A stretch of DNA of 20,000 bases, taken from positions 52,686 through 72,685 of the forward strand of contig JADIIX010000109.1 in the NCBI GenBank assembly GCA_027604505.1. The letters are read 5' to 3'. The translations under genes and the position numbers were made by a program. This stretch comes from Gonapodya sp. JEL0774 (Eukaryota). Within the stretch, counting starts at the first letter, position 1; each line of letters begins with the position of its first letter. Below the pieces are notes generated by a model. The model was not told the DNA's origin. It saw only the letters and a program-made list of their open reading frames with translations, and did not search any database. Positions 1 to 10,830 of this stretch are shown here, in pieces.

Positions 1-49
1 AACAGTCACCTCAATTTCAGATTCAGAAACCAAAGACATAGCAAAGAAA

Positions 50-930
50 GTAGGACTTAGTGTCCCACTGGATGACAGGGTCAAGCAGGTCATACAGAAG
101 GAGTCCATCCTGCTTTGGCAGGCAGCCTCCCTACTTGGCACTCTGCAGTCAGCTCACAATGCCCTGTTGTACGTGTAGCTACAAGCTCGACTCTGCTTCA
201 GGCTTACAACTGTATCCCCACGCAGCGACACAACTTGTTCAAGGGCTCTTGGAACAAGCTGATGGTCCTCTCCCCAGCCATATGTCAGTTCCTACAGGAG
301 CTCCTACAGAACTTGCACCAGTGGAATGGTGTCCGCTTTCTCCCACCCAAGGTAGACTTGGTGATGACATCTGACGCCTCGGAAACAGGTCCCGGAGCGA
401 ACTTTTGCGCAGCACCAGCACCCCCCTCAGTTTCGACGACTACGTCTAAGGGGGACCAGCTCATTCACACATCAGCCTGCTGGTCAGCCAGCCTTCTCAT
501 TTGGCACCTTCACACTCTGTACACCCCAGCGGTGATCCAGACCTGGTTCTCCAACCTGTCCATCCTGCTCACAGAGTTCATTCGCATCCAAGTCCTGGAG
601 GCCATTTCCTCCTTCCTTGGACTGAAGGCATTCGTGCGCAAAACTCTCTTGCAGGGGAAGACAATCCTCCTGCCCACCGACAACACTGCTTCTGCCTACA
701 CCATGGCCAAGCGAGGTCAGTCGCTCAGCCCAGCACTTTCCATGGTGGTCAGTTAGTTGCTGGATTTGGTGCATTCCCACAGAGCAACTCTGTTTGTGGA
801 GCACATCCCCGGATTGCTGAACACATTGGCGGTAAGTGTAGCTGTGTTAGCTCAGTTGCTATCCATGCTGTCCTGCGTTTCCCCTGTGCCAGGACTGACT
901 TTGTCATCTCCAGGATCACGACTCCCGTCT
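50..930 (+). pseudogene. DIRS pol: RT thumb/connection and RNase H domain (disrupted, intron-containing)
   Basis: Translation gives QAASLLGTLQSA (RT C-terminus), MTSDASETGPGA, IQVLEAI, GKTILLPTDNT, K-R-G-x-x-x-S, and VEHIPGLLNTLA|D*LCH. The last is the N-x-x-A-D-x-L-S-R motif once 832-892 is removed. There is a TAG at 754-756. Confidence 0.9.
832..892 (+). other. 61-nt spliceosomal intron inside the DIRS RNase H coding sequence
   Basis: GTAAGT donor at 832, pyrimidine-rich tract, CCAG acceptor ending at 892. Removal joins NTLA to D and puts RNase H in frame with the downstream methyltransferase domain. Confidence 0.75.
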
Positions 931-949
931 CAAGAGAGATACCCACAGC

Positions 950-1380
950 TAGAAGTTCAACCTGCGTGTGTTCCAGTCTCTCAACAGAGTGTGGGGTCCT
1001 CACTCAGTTGACCTCTTTGCCTTGGCCCTGAGTTGCCGGATCCCAACCTTCCGCAGTTGAGGTCCAGATCCTGAAGCGTTTGCCGCACACGCCTTCTCGA
1101 TCCTTTGGGACGCCCTGTCCAACCTCTCCCTCAATCCCCCGTGGGTGCTCATCCCCCGGATAGTGAAGAAGCTGGTCTTCAACAGGGGTACGGCGACTCT
1201 CATTGCTCCGTGGTTGCTGTCGCAAGCCTGGTGGCTCACGATCGACTCACCCAGTCGGATCCCAGAGATTCCTCATCTGATGACGTTTTATCAGAGTCTG
1301 ACAGCAGACAGCTGCCCTGTCTCCGTTCCGCCCCAAGGAAGAATGCTTGCATGGAGGCTATGCAATGACGATGGGAAGTG
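950..1380 (+). pseudogene. DIRS-associated N6-adenine DNA methyltransferase-like domain
   Basis: VFQSLNRVWGPHSVDLFA...RS*GPDPEAFAAHAF...W...LNPPWVLIPRIVKKL...ATLIAPW..SQAWW; NPPW lies at 1133-1144. Confidence 0.85.
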
Positions 1381-2310
1381 GCAGGTGTACCTCTGCTCGT
1401 TGCCCAAGGTGTCACAAAGCACAGAGCAACAAAGTCAGAGGTGACAACTGCAGGTCCCTTCAACAATCTACAGTGGTCTCAATCCCTAGCTGGTTTGTCT
1501 ACAACAACTACCGCTTGAAGAAGGCTGTGTCAGGGAAGAAAGCAGATGGCTGGAGTCACTCCACTCAGCAAAAGTACCTATCCGCCCTTTGCATGACCCA
1601 ACATCATCCGCTACATTGGTCAACCACCCGCTGCTTATGGAGCTACAGCGCGTGACTCCCACTGTCATACCTGGTCGGAATGCGCACAACATGGAGCACA
1701 TGTTCAGTCCAATGTACGTACTTTTGTACATTGATCATTTCAACATCGACTTATCTTTGCCAATCCTGAGCAACAACAAAGTGAATCCCTTACAGCTCCA
1801 ACTGCAGCTGATTATCCTCTTTGTCCTTCTGGACATCTGACAGCAAGCCAACCTTGTGCACATTCTCTCCAACCGGTGCAGCACAGCGCTCATGCAGACA
1901 AGGTTTCACTCTTCTTCTCTGAACTGAAGAAGCAAGAGAAGGGCTCACATGTGATCACCTATGCAGTCAATCCCACTCTGCCCCCTCTTCGCAATCTTTG
2001 CAATGTTCTCCCCACCCACCTCCAAAACCTGCCCCAATTTGGGGACCCCAACCAGGAGTCTTTGGTGCTAATACACTGCAAGTTGTCGGATGGGACTGGC
2101 TCTCTGACCACCCCAGCCGCCACACCCAACACCATCCTATCATGGATCCAAAAATTGGTCCTTGCACCTGCAGGATTCCCTGAATTCAACAGGTACGCAC
2201 TGGTAAAGGCTGCGGCAACTTCGGTACAAACTCGCAGTGCCTCAGGTCAAGAGCCATTCGTCACACGATGGAAGTCTAAGTTTGTCGCATTCCGCCACTA
2301 TGTCAAGAGT
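1351..2310 (+). pseudogene. DIRS tyrosine recombinase (frameshifted, with stops)
   Basis: Overlaps the end of the MT domain in another frame. Contains LLDI*QQANL (decayed Arg box), LFFSELKKQEK, TILSWIQKL, RYALVKAAATS and TRWKSKFVAFRHYVK (W...catalytic Tyr box). Confidence 0.8.
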
Positions 2311-2453
2311 TGCGCGTGCATCTGGCCTCCAGTACACTTGCGGGACAATAAGGATGAACTTCACAGTAAGTTCTTTGTCAGAGTTGTTCCAGCTCACATG
2401 ACCCTTATTCTTTGGGAGGTTGCATGACCCCCTTCTCTTTGTCCTAATCAAAG

Positions 2454-2531
2454 GACAAAGTTTTGCTGAGCGAAAGCAAAGCGGGGCTTCATTCTCTTGA
2501 TTTTAAGAAGTGAAGGGTGTCATGCAAGCTG
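2454..2531. repeat. Internal complementary region (ICR), inverted copy of 3303-3380
   Basis: The reverse complement aligns without gaps to 3303-3380 at 67/78 identity (hand count). Confidence 0.9.
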
Positions 2532-3302
2532 TCCCACCTGCCCTGCCGCACACTCTGAGACAGCTTGCTTCCTTTCAGATCTTCTGAACGGCGGTAAGAC
2601 GATAGCAAGTGCCAAGGTGTTTGTGCACTCAAAGCCCAGAGTCAACCCCACCCTTGGCCCTGGTACCACCTCTGCTCTTTCGAGCCGAACACTTTGTCCC
2701 TCCAGAGTTGCTGAGAGCAACCATGACAAGGATCCTAGCGATTCAAGTTTGTGAGTGTATCTCTGCTTGCTTTGCTGCATAACCTGACGTTATGACTTCA
2801 GGGTCCAAAGTTAGGTTGAGATTCCCATACGGAAGGGTCGATACTGACTATCATAGCTAGTGTCTTGCTGTATCTACCTGAGTTGGAACATACCTAGGTC
2901 TTTGAACCATATCTACCACAGATTGGTTGCTCACCCCATGCCAGATGTGTGCTCATTTCTTACTCCTGCATTTGCAGGAGTCTCCTTTTCTAGGTGAAGG
3001 GTAGGCTCTCCCGACACCAGGTGGTGAACATCAAATCAGCAGTCATACTGTTTGATGCTCTTGGTCAACTGGTCATCATTCCTGTAACGCCTCTCTTTCC
3101 AAGCCTGCGGCTTGTGTCTCACAGGCCCAGTCAGGAATAAATGACCGAGTGGGGAGGTCTCTTTTGTTTTTCACTATGTGCACTAAGCTGTGCACACAAC
3201 CGTGATTTTGCCATACACTTTGTGTGTTGCAAACACAAACCATCAACTCACCCTCTTGTGAGTTTTTTCCAACACGAGTGGGGCCCGGCAACTATTGCCG
3301 AG

Positions 3303-3380
3303 CAGCTCACATGACCCCCTTCACTTCTTAAAATCAAAAGAATGAAGCCCCACTTCACCTTTGCTCAGCGAAACTTCGTC
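3303..3380. repeat. Probable right terminus of the DIRS element, complementary to the ICR
   Basis: 78-bp inverted match to 2454-2531; similarity stops at 3380. Confidence 0.8.
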
Positions 3381-3849
3381 ATGTGCAATGATGCAACCAA
3401 GGGATCACGACGTGTAGCAGTATATTCAATGTCCATTGCAAAAGAGGAAGGGGGAGAAAAGGGACACAGAAGTTGACACCATGAAGTGATGTGAGTTGTA
3501 ATGATAGGGGACAGTTCTTGCATTTTCAAATCATTGCCACAATGGCTTTTCCCTCTCCCCTAGCAAAAAAGAGCTTCATCCTTCCAATCATTTCCCTTTT
3601 TCCAGTCAAGTCAGAGATTTGGTGTTGTTCTTCTCAGTGGCTCTGGAAGGATCTGTGAGGTTGTTCATGAATGGGGTGGTTGCAAGATGAAAATGCAAGC
3701 ACTCTAATCAGCAGGAGAAGCATATGTAGCCAATATATAAAGTATCAATTGTAGTAATTAATAGAAAGCAAAATTGGATTAAATTGTTTGTTTTGCCACA
3801 GTTGAATTCAGATCCTCAAATTTTCCTGCACAGCAGATATCGACGTCTC

Positions 3850-4450
3850 TGCAGCTTCCTGCATTCCAGCTAGCAAAAGGTACTCTTGTTGAAAATCAAA
3901 CGCAAAAGTCCTCAGCATTGCAGTCATTTTTATGGCTTTGACAAACCCAAACAACTGGGTGAATGTGATTAAGAGAAAATGGCAACATCAACTGGAAGAC
4001 TCCTGGCAAAGTTATTACTGTACTGATCTCAGCTGCACAACTCAAACACCAGCTTGCACCTTTGTGAACACTCTTTGGCCACCTGACAAGATGGTGAGTT
4101 GTCAAGTGCCTTCACAAATAGCAGCTTCAACTTCAAGGAACAGACCATGTTTCCAGCCATCGTCTTCCCACAAACTGAACTGCCGCAAGAATTGATGTAG
4201 AGCAGGGGTTTGTCTAAAGAAGAAGGGAGTGTTCCTAGAGGGCACAGGGTGGAAGGTGCCCAATGGGCGGGTGCAGGAGGCATGGAGAGTGGTATGGGAG
4301 ATTGAACAACAAATTGGGAGCTTTGAGGTGGGAGACATCCAAAAGCAGGATGTCTCTTTGATGTGGAAAGTGTGCCAGGAGGGACAGATGCCACTGGAGG
4401 TGGCAAGGAGTTCCTTGCAGTACCTTGATTTGGTTCTACACCATGGTGAG
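3850..4450 (+). pseudogene. Decayed copy of unidentified protein family A (copy 1)
   Basis: VQEAWRVVWEIEQQIGSFEVGD (4271-4336) aligns without gaps to VQEAVKRVQRVDAEAGTWDVND (13923-13858, minus): 8/22 identical plus several conservative pairs. Boundaries are approximate. Confidence 0.45.
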
Positions 4451-4519
4451 TTGTTACAAGGTACCAAGAGTAGTTATCATAATAAAATGTTAAGATAGTC
4501 ATTGCCTTAAGATCTGCCA

Positions 4520-5245
4520 CATGTGCTTTCAATGACCTGGTACCTCACTCTAAAGACAGTTTTACAAGTCATGTCAGAACATTCCAAAGTTGTCAAAGTC
4601 AAGTTCCAAACTCATCTCTGCAACAGCAATCACTCTTTCTGCATCTACACGCCCTCATTGCCAGAGTGCTTTCATGATAGTGTTGTCCTTTGTCTTGCCA
4701 ACATTGCATTTGCACATATTTTTATTGATAATGTCACATGTCTGCTTGGAAAGATGAGGGGAGCTCTTCTCCAACGTTTCATTCTGCACCACACTCTTTC
4801 TTCTTGATGCCTGGTCTCTTCAACTGGGGGTAGGGGCAGCAGTGTCGAGGCAAAAATGAAAGGATTCAGCCTCCCACAGTCAACTTTCTGTGTCAGCACC
4901 ATATATTGTGTGACCCATTTCCTGTCTCTTGACCGATCCCCATTCCAATACATCTGCTGTTTTGGCACAAGAAAAGCTGTCCAGAGCATTGGGCATGATT
5001 GACATTTCTACTTTGTTCATCCCCAGCTGCAGTTTCAACTGCTTCCCTGGGTTTCGCCAATGTATGTAGAACAGTCTACCTCTGTACTGAGAGACCCAAA
5101 AAGAATTAGTCATTGGTACGCCTTGCTTTTGTAGTGCCCAGGCTGTGGCAGATCTCAGTGTCAGAGTTGAATGGGTGAGTGGGAAGTGTGACAAGGACAA
5201 CCCTGCAGGGGACAGTAGGCCACTTTCACGCACTTCATTGGACAT
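4520..5245 (-). pseudogene. Possible decayed coding sequence (family B, tentative)
   Basis: Protein-like fragments FWVSQYRGR and RLNPFIFAS resemble IWLSRYIGR and RTTPHMFAS at 13069-13255 (+). The matches are short and their spacing differs. Confidence 0.25.
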
Positions 5246-5569
5246 TTTGTTGTGGATAATGTTTACTATGAGACCTGCATTATTTGGTAATTTCTATGTG
5301 TGGTACTGATTTCTGAGTGTTATGGGGTTCAAGGCAAAATGACTCTCTATATTGGCTGGTTCATTTAATAACCATCATTCTGAACCAAAAAAAAAAAAAA
5401 TAGCATAGTAGTTGAGAGGATCCCTGGTTGCCCCACTAACTGCAGCTCCCCTCGGAATTTAAAATGGACCTGCAGAATGCAGACAGGGCACATTTGCAGT
5501 TGGTGAGCCTGCAGATTGCGGGACTTGTGTTTACAACTTGCAACAAAAATCTGAAGAAACGCCAGAGTC

Positions 5570-5575
5570 AAAAAA
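5570..5575 (-). terminator. RNA polymerase III terminator (T6) of tRNA-Ala
   Basis: Six A on the + strand directly adjacent to the tRNA discriminator base. Confidence 0.85.
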
Positions 5576-5648
5576 TGGAGCTGCGGGGGATCGAACCCCG
5601 TACCTCGTGCATGCTAAGCACGCGCTCTGCCATCTGAGCTACAACCCC
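5576..5648 (-). tRNA. tRNA-Ala, anticodon AGC (IGC), intronless, CCA not encoded
   Basis: GGGGTTG TA GCTC AGATGGCA GAGC G CGTGC TT AGC AT GCACG AGGTA CGGGG TTCGATC CCCCG CAGCTCC A. All four stems pair and the G3:U70 Ala identity pair is present. Confidence 0.97.
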
Positions 5649-5678
5649 TGCGCATGTCTTATGCTTCTTTTGTTAAAC

Positions 5679-5690
5679 TATTTATATATA
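5679..5690 (-). promoter_or_regulatory. TATA-like element upstream of tRNA-Ala
   Basis: TATATATAAATA on the minus strand, about 31-42 nt upstream of the mature 5' end. Confidence 0.55.
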
Positions 5691-6139
5691 TTTTATTACA
5701 AGTCTAGCCCTGGTGGTTCAGGTTCTTTCCCACTCAGTCATCCTTCGCACTCTCTGCGTGTATTGGGGGCATAAGCAGCTGAAAGTCCTTTTCTCCTACA
5801 ATTTCGGCTCGAAAGAATAAACACTATTTGTCTGTCTTTCAAGTGTGCTCTCCATCTGTCTTCCCCTAGGTTAAATCACACATTCAGGGGTAAAATAAAA
5901 TTATACAAAGTGCACATCGTCAAGAGTTAAAGGCAAAACGCTTCTTTGTCTTGTTGAGTTTGATGGCCACAGATTCCCACGATTCTCACGCAGTGCCATG
6001 CTCTGTGGCGACACACCTGTCCCTTGGCAGATTCCACCAAGCCTCATACTCACACTCTTTTCCCTTTGTTTCCCATTGAATTCACATTCCTTGACCCTTT
6101 TTGCTGCTAATGCTTGAAATGAGCTCGCTCTTTGCTTCC

Positions 6140-6211
6140 ATCAATGACTGAATCCCTGGCATGGGATCCTGGAAGATCAATGACCAAATCCCTGGCATTG
6201 GATCCTGGAAG
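6140..6211. repeat. 36-bp tandem duplication (2 copies)
   Basis: atcaatgactgaatccctggcatgggatcctggaag / atcaatgaccaaatccctggcattggatcctggaag; 3 mismatches, two of them a TG/CA pair. Confidence 0.9.
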
Positions 6212-6219
6212 CGAGAAGA

Positions 6220-7290
6220 ATGGAGGACACTGCCTCAGAACAGATGAACGACCTCTTGGACAACCTACGCCCACACGCTCACTCACAGCTTTTGTGTGCT
6301 GCAGCTGATGGAAAGGTTCAGGACAAGTTTTGCAGGTGCTGGTCTCACACCCAGGACAGGGAGGGAGACGACCCAACAACTAACACGCAACTTCTCCACA
6401 AACGGCTGGTTGCACTGGAAGAAGACAGCGGCAACATTGCAAAACCAGTTCCCTGGGAGGTTGTGGAGACGTTTCTTGTGCCCCAGGCGTCGTGGCTGCT
6501 GGACTTGGCCCTCGCCACGACCCCATAAAATGCCCTCCAAATTCCCACTGTCACATTTCAGCTGGAGACCGAGGTCTCTGAGTCAATCAATCTTTTCCAC
6601 TGTGAACTGCATTTTTTGGGTCTGGAACGGTGTGTTGAGAGTGTGCTTGCTCCACTGCAATCCGCAGCCTTGGTATCTTGGTATACTATGAAATATGATT
6701 TCAAATCATATGTAAATACGTGAGTGTAGAGTCAAAAATTGCTTCCTATTTGTGTCTCCATTCATGTCTATTTTACATAGAAACAACAACATAATCTCAT
6801 ACTGCACTTTCTACATCCGACAACATTCGGTACAATTTGCGAAAGCTGAAGATGATATCAAAAGATACATTGACTGGTACCCAGCAGACTCACTGTTTGC
6901 AGTTGCGATGTCCCACACCATCGCACCACCAGTAATCTCATTGCCAAGTCACAAGACCAAAGAGTTGGGTGGGCACTTTCATTTTTGGTATGCGGGAATG
7001 CTGAGCAAGACAGATGGCGAAACGCAGGGAGAACGAGACTTGGATGCTCACTGATGAGTTCAGTGTGTCAACCTGTTGCAACTGATTTTCAACTGAACCA
7101 CATCTGGCAGGGATGCAGGATCTCAATCTGAGTGTGGATGTTTGGCCGTTGGTGACAAAGAAACAAGCCCAAATTTTGATGAGGATGAGCAGACCATGTG
7201 GTGTGCAAGTGATGTGAACATAGTGTAGTGGGGCTGACACTGGAGACATGAGACGGAGTGGAACTGAAGAAGCGGTGGTAGTGATGTCTA
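6220..7290 (+). pseudogene. Spliced, decayed copy of unidentified protein family A (copy 2); intron 6720-6780
   Basis: Frame is open from ATG 6220 to 6719 apart from TAA 6526-6528. A GTGAGT...ATAG 61-nt intron joins it in frame to the 6752-7054 ORF. LLHKRLVALEEDSGNIAKPVPWEVVETFL matches 14579-14490 (minus). Confidence 0.6.
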
Positions 7291-7363
7291 TTGTGTTCGC
7301 TAGGGGCTGTGCCTACGTAGGACGCTGGGGCCTGGTACTGAGGCCCAACAAAAACCTCACAAA

Positions 7364-7521
7364 GGGAAAAAAGTAAACGCTTCCAAGGCATACCCAATGC
7401 CGTCTTGCATAGCAGGTAGGGAAAATTAAACCTCCCAAGCACACCCAATGCTTCATTGTTGGGGAAAAATAGAAACCCCCATGAAAGAAAAAAATAAACC
7501 TTTCCTCGAGACGAACCCATC
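7364..7521 (-). repeat. Degenerate short direct repeats in the Gypsy 3' untranslated region
   Basis: Minus strand: gcattgggtgtgcttgggaggtttaattttccct and gcattgggtatgccttggaagcgtttacttttttccct, about 51 bp apart, with a weaker third unit. Confidence 0.55.
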
Positions 7522-7796
7522 TTCCGCTGTACACATCTGTACAACCTGAAGGAAAATTCCAAAAACCTTCACAGGGAAACTGAGAAAACCCTGTTGGCTT
7601 GTTAGGCATTCATCCAAACCTCACTCAGGAGCATGGATTGTGCCTCTGCAAGTTTCGGTGTCTTTGAGCGGGTTTGTCTGCTAATCTTCCCAGGCTCGGT
7701 GCTCTGAGCAGCAGCAGCACGCCCAGCTCTGCCTTTATGTTTGTGCGCCTTCTTCTTCTCCTTAAGCTCAGCTGCCAAGGTTGGGAAGCGACATGC

Positions 7797-7931
7797 AAAC
7801 TCTGCGATCATGTCCACTCCGTCAATCTTGCCTTCCTGAATCCACTCAGGCTCATTGTAGTCAACAAATTTGACCCAGTACTCAACATGGTCCTCAGCCC
7901 AATGGCCATGGATGATTGCTTCCATGACGAA
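7797..7931 (-). pseudogene. Chromodomain at the C-terminus of Gypsy pol
   Basis: FVMEAIIHGHWAEDHVEYWVKFVDYNEPEWIQEGKIDGVDMIAEF fits the (F/Y)-x-V-E-x-I...Y-x-V-K-W-x-G-Y...W...F pattern. Confidence 0.85.
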
Positions 7932-8059
7932 ACTTGATTCCTTTTCGGGTGTTGACACTACAGGAGTGGGGTACTCTCTCAAAGGTAGTTGGCCCGGATC
8001 TGAGGTTAGATCAATCGTGTCGTCCTCAGGCTGAGCAGGTGCAGCTGCAACACCTCCCA

Positions 8060-9130
8060 CTGACACGTACGGCTTGATCTTCCTCATGCAATTTACATGG
8101 GCTTGAATCACTTTGCCTGATCAGAAGTGTTCGAGTCGGTATGTGACCTCTGTGAGTTGCTCCACAGCCCTGAAAGGTCCTATCCATCCTGACAAAACTT
8201 GGTACTCTCGCCTTTGCGATGAGCTTCATCCGAATAAACCATCATGGTAGAGTCTACGTCAAATGTAACCTCTACCGGTTGTAAATGGTATTTCATCTTG
8301 CGGACTTTGGCTGATGTGATCAATTGCTCTCTGAGCGTATCATAAAACACTGCCATAGCTTTCACCAGTGGCATGGATTGCTCTCCCTCCTCCACCGCAC
8401 ACTGAACGCCAGTGATGATATCAGTTGGGAGACAAGGGTTGGAACCAGTTGCCACAAACATAGGGGAAAACCCCATAGTTGTGTGCACTTGCATGTTGTA
8501 CACAAACTGGATAGGCACTATGTGCTTATCCCAGTCGGTCTGATTTCTTGTAGAAACCTGTGCATACAAAGCGTTCTGCATACGGCTTACCTGCTGGGTG
8601 TCCCGCTGTGGAGAATGTATCACAGAATCGCACTTCCTTTGCCAAAATCTCCATCACTTTATTGGCAAACGCGGAGCCTTTGTCCGAGTGGATACGCACA
8701 GGTATTCCACAACGTAAAACCCAAAGCTTCAACAGCGCCATTGCTGTGATCATTGCAGACGTATCCAGAACCGGAACCATCTCTGTAATTCTATTAAACA
8801 TATCCATTATCACTGGGATGTGTGTATTACCGCTTATTGTTTCTGGAAACGGCCCTGTGTGATTCAGGCAGAAGTCATCACATGGTTGCGCAGCTATAAA
8901 GTCAAACAGTTTCAACAACCCATGATGTGTCGGCCAGTTGAGGGTTCTACTTTGCCATGTCAAGCATTTACGAACGTGCTCCCTTACTTTCGTAGCCATG
9001 TTAAACCAATAAAACTTCCCAACCATTGTGGCAAGCATAATTGTTAATCCAATGTGTCCACTTGTTGGATTGTTGTGGAACATTCTCAACATTTCTGCTT
9101 GTTGTGCTTTAGGCACTACAATCTGCAGTG
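8060..9130 (-). pseudogene. Gypsy integrase (HHCC, DDE core, GPF motif)
   Basis: MFHNNPTSGHIG...RKCLTWQ (second Cys lost), CLNHTGPFPET (first Asp to Asn), GIPVRIHSDKGSAF, YAERF, DWDKHI..IQFVYN..VHTTMGFSP, WIGPFRAV. Confidence 0.92.
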
Positions 9131-9559
9131 GTTTCTTAGTCAATCCGTCAATGCTTTGCTCATCTGGTTTCCTGTGAGCACGTGTGACTGTGCACACAAG
9201 CAAACCATTCTCAATGGCAAGGTCCTTTGACACGGGTGTTGCTTCAATGAATTCCTCTGCTTGTGGCTCGGCGGCTGTAGCCGTTTGCTCAAGCACAGCG
9301 AAGACTCTTGCAAGATCAGGATCACTGCGCTGATCTGAAGCCCATTGCTCTCAGTACACTAGACCATCCCATGAAGCAGAAGCAAAAGCTTCTGTAGCTT
9401 CATTACTGAGTGCATTGTACCCATGGAGGACTTAACAACTCCAGATGGTGTTATTGTCAGGTATTCCCTTGTGTGACACTCATTCGGCAAATCCCCCTTT
9501 GATTGTTGATCACCGTAGGTGGGAATCTCTGGGTCAACATCCATTGTGTGTTTGTCTGC

Positions 9560-10005
9560 ATTCTCCATTCGAGATAATGTGTCAACGTTCACCTTTGTTG
9601 AACCAGGCCGATAGCGTATGGTATAATCATGCTCAGACAATCTAATTGCCCATCGCGCTAATTTACCAGTGCTTGCTGGATTTGTCAAAAACTTCAATGA
9701 CTCGTGATCTGTTTGCAGTTCAAACTTTGAGCGCATCAAGTGATGACAAAAGAACTTGCATCCCCAGATTGCGGCGTATGCCTCACGTTCCCTGGTATCC
9801 ACTTCTGCTCAGCCTTTGTGAACTTCTCACTACCAATACTAACAACCTATGGATGTCCTTGATCGTCCAATTGTTCAAGAATAACACCCAGTACAATTCC
9901 TGATGCATCTGTCTTAAGAACAAATGGTTTGGAGTAATTGGGTCTCCGGAGGACGCTTCCACTAAGCATTGCTAGTTTTAACGTCTGGAAAGCTGCCACA
10001 GCTTC
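9560..10005 (-). pseudogene. Gypsy RNase H
   Basis: RRPNYSKPFVLKTDASG, EREAYAAIWG, FELQTDHESLKFL, GKLARWAIRLSEHDYTIRYRPG, VNVDTLSR. Confidence 0.92.
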
Positions 10006-10830
10006 TTAATTAAGAACTAGTTTCTCTGCCTGCTTCAGGAGACTGCCAAGCAGTGCGGCTTTCACAGCATAGCCTTCTATGAAATCTGGATAATACCCTG
10101 TTAAACTGAGCCAATGTTCAAGTTCCTTCAGATTATGAGGGACATTAAATGTTCTCATGGCTTCGACTTTCTTCAGGTCCATTTTGATCACACTGTCAGC
10201 AGTGATAACATTCCCAAGGTATGGTGTCTCACCATGGCAAAAGTTGCACTTTGCTGCATGAAGCTTCAGATTAGCTTTGCGGAGCCATCTAAACAACTCT
10301 TCCAGATGATCCAGATGCTTGTTGAAGGTATGAGAGAATCCTAGAATGTCGTCCATATAGACTACCAGACATTCCCAGTTCATACCTCGAACAACATCAT
10401 CCATCAAACATTGGAACGTAGCCGGAGCATTGGTCAAACCAAACGGCATACGTATGAATTGATACAATCCTGAGTGGGTGCTGAAGGCAGTCTTCTCACG
10501 ATCCCGATCAGCGATAGGTATATTCCAATAACCCCACGTTATATCCAACGCGGAATAAAACTTTGCATTCTGTGTTGCAGCTAATAAATCATCAATTCAT
10601 GGCAAAGGATAAACATCCTTTTTTGTTGTGGCATTGAGTTTATGATAGTCAACACAAAAACAGAATTTCCCATCCTTCTTGGGTGCCATCACCACTGGGA
10701 AAGACCATGCACTCATTGGCTTCTCAACAATGCCGTCTTGGAGCATCTTTGACTTATGCTCGTCTATTGCCATGCGGTCCCTTGGCACCACAATCGGCTT
10801 GAGATTGGACGTGTCAATCTCATGAGTGAG
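10006..10830 (-). pseudogene. Gypsy reverse transcriptase
   Basis: SAWSFPVVMAPKKDGKFCFCVDYHKLN, DVYPLP*IDDLL, GYWNIPI, KTAFST..GLYQFIRMPFGLTNAPATFQ, VYMDDI, KCNF, YLG. Confidence 0.95.

Larger units (their letters stand above)
1..3380 (+). mobile_element. Degenerate DIRS-type (tyrosine recombinase) retrotransposon, 3' portion; left part outside the window or truncated
   Basis: Domain order is RT thumb, RNase H, methyltransferase-like domain, then an overlapping YR. An internal segment (2454-2531) is complementary to the apparent right end (3303-3380), which is the ICR architecture of DIRS1-like elements. There are many stops and frameshifts. Confidence 0.9.

Noticed and set aside
5387..5400. 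A14 tract as a retroposon tail
   Set aside because: No target-site duplication or recognisable SINE/LINE body is adjacent.
6140..6211. 36-bp repeat as a CRISPR-like array
   Set aside because: Only two directly adjacent copies with no spacer, in a eukaryotic context.
6693..6711. Perfect palindrome ATATGATTT-C-AAATCATAT
   Set aside because: Single, AT-rich and inside decayed coding sequence, so chance is plausible.
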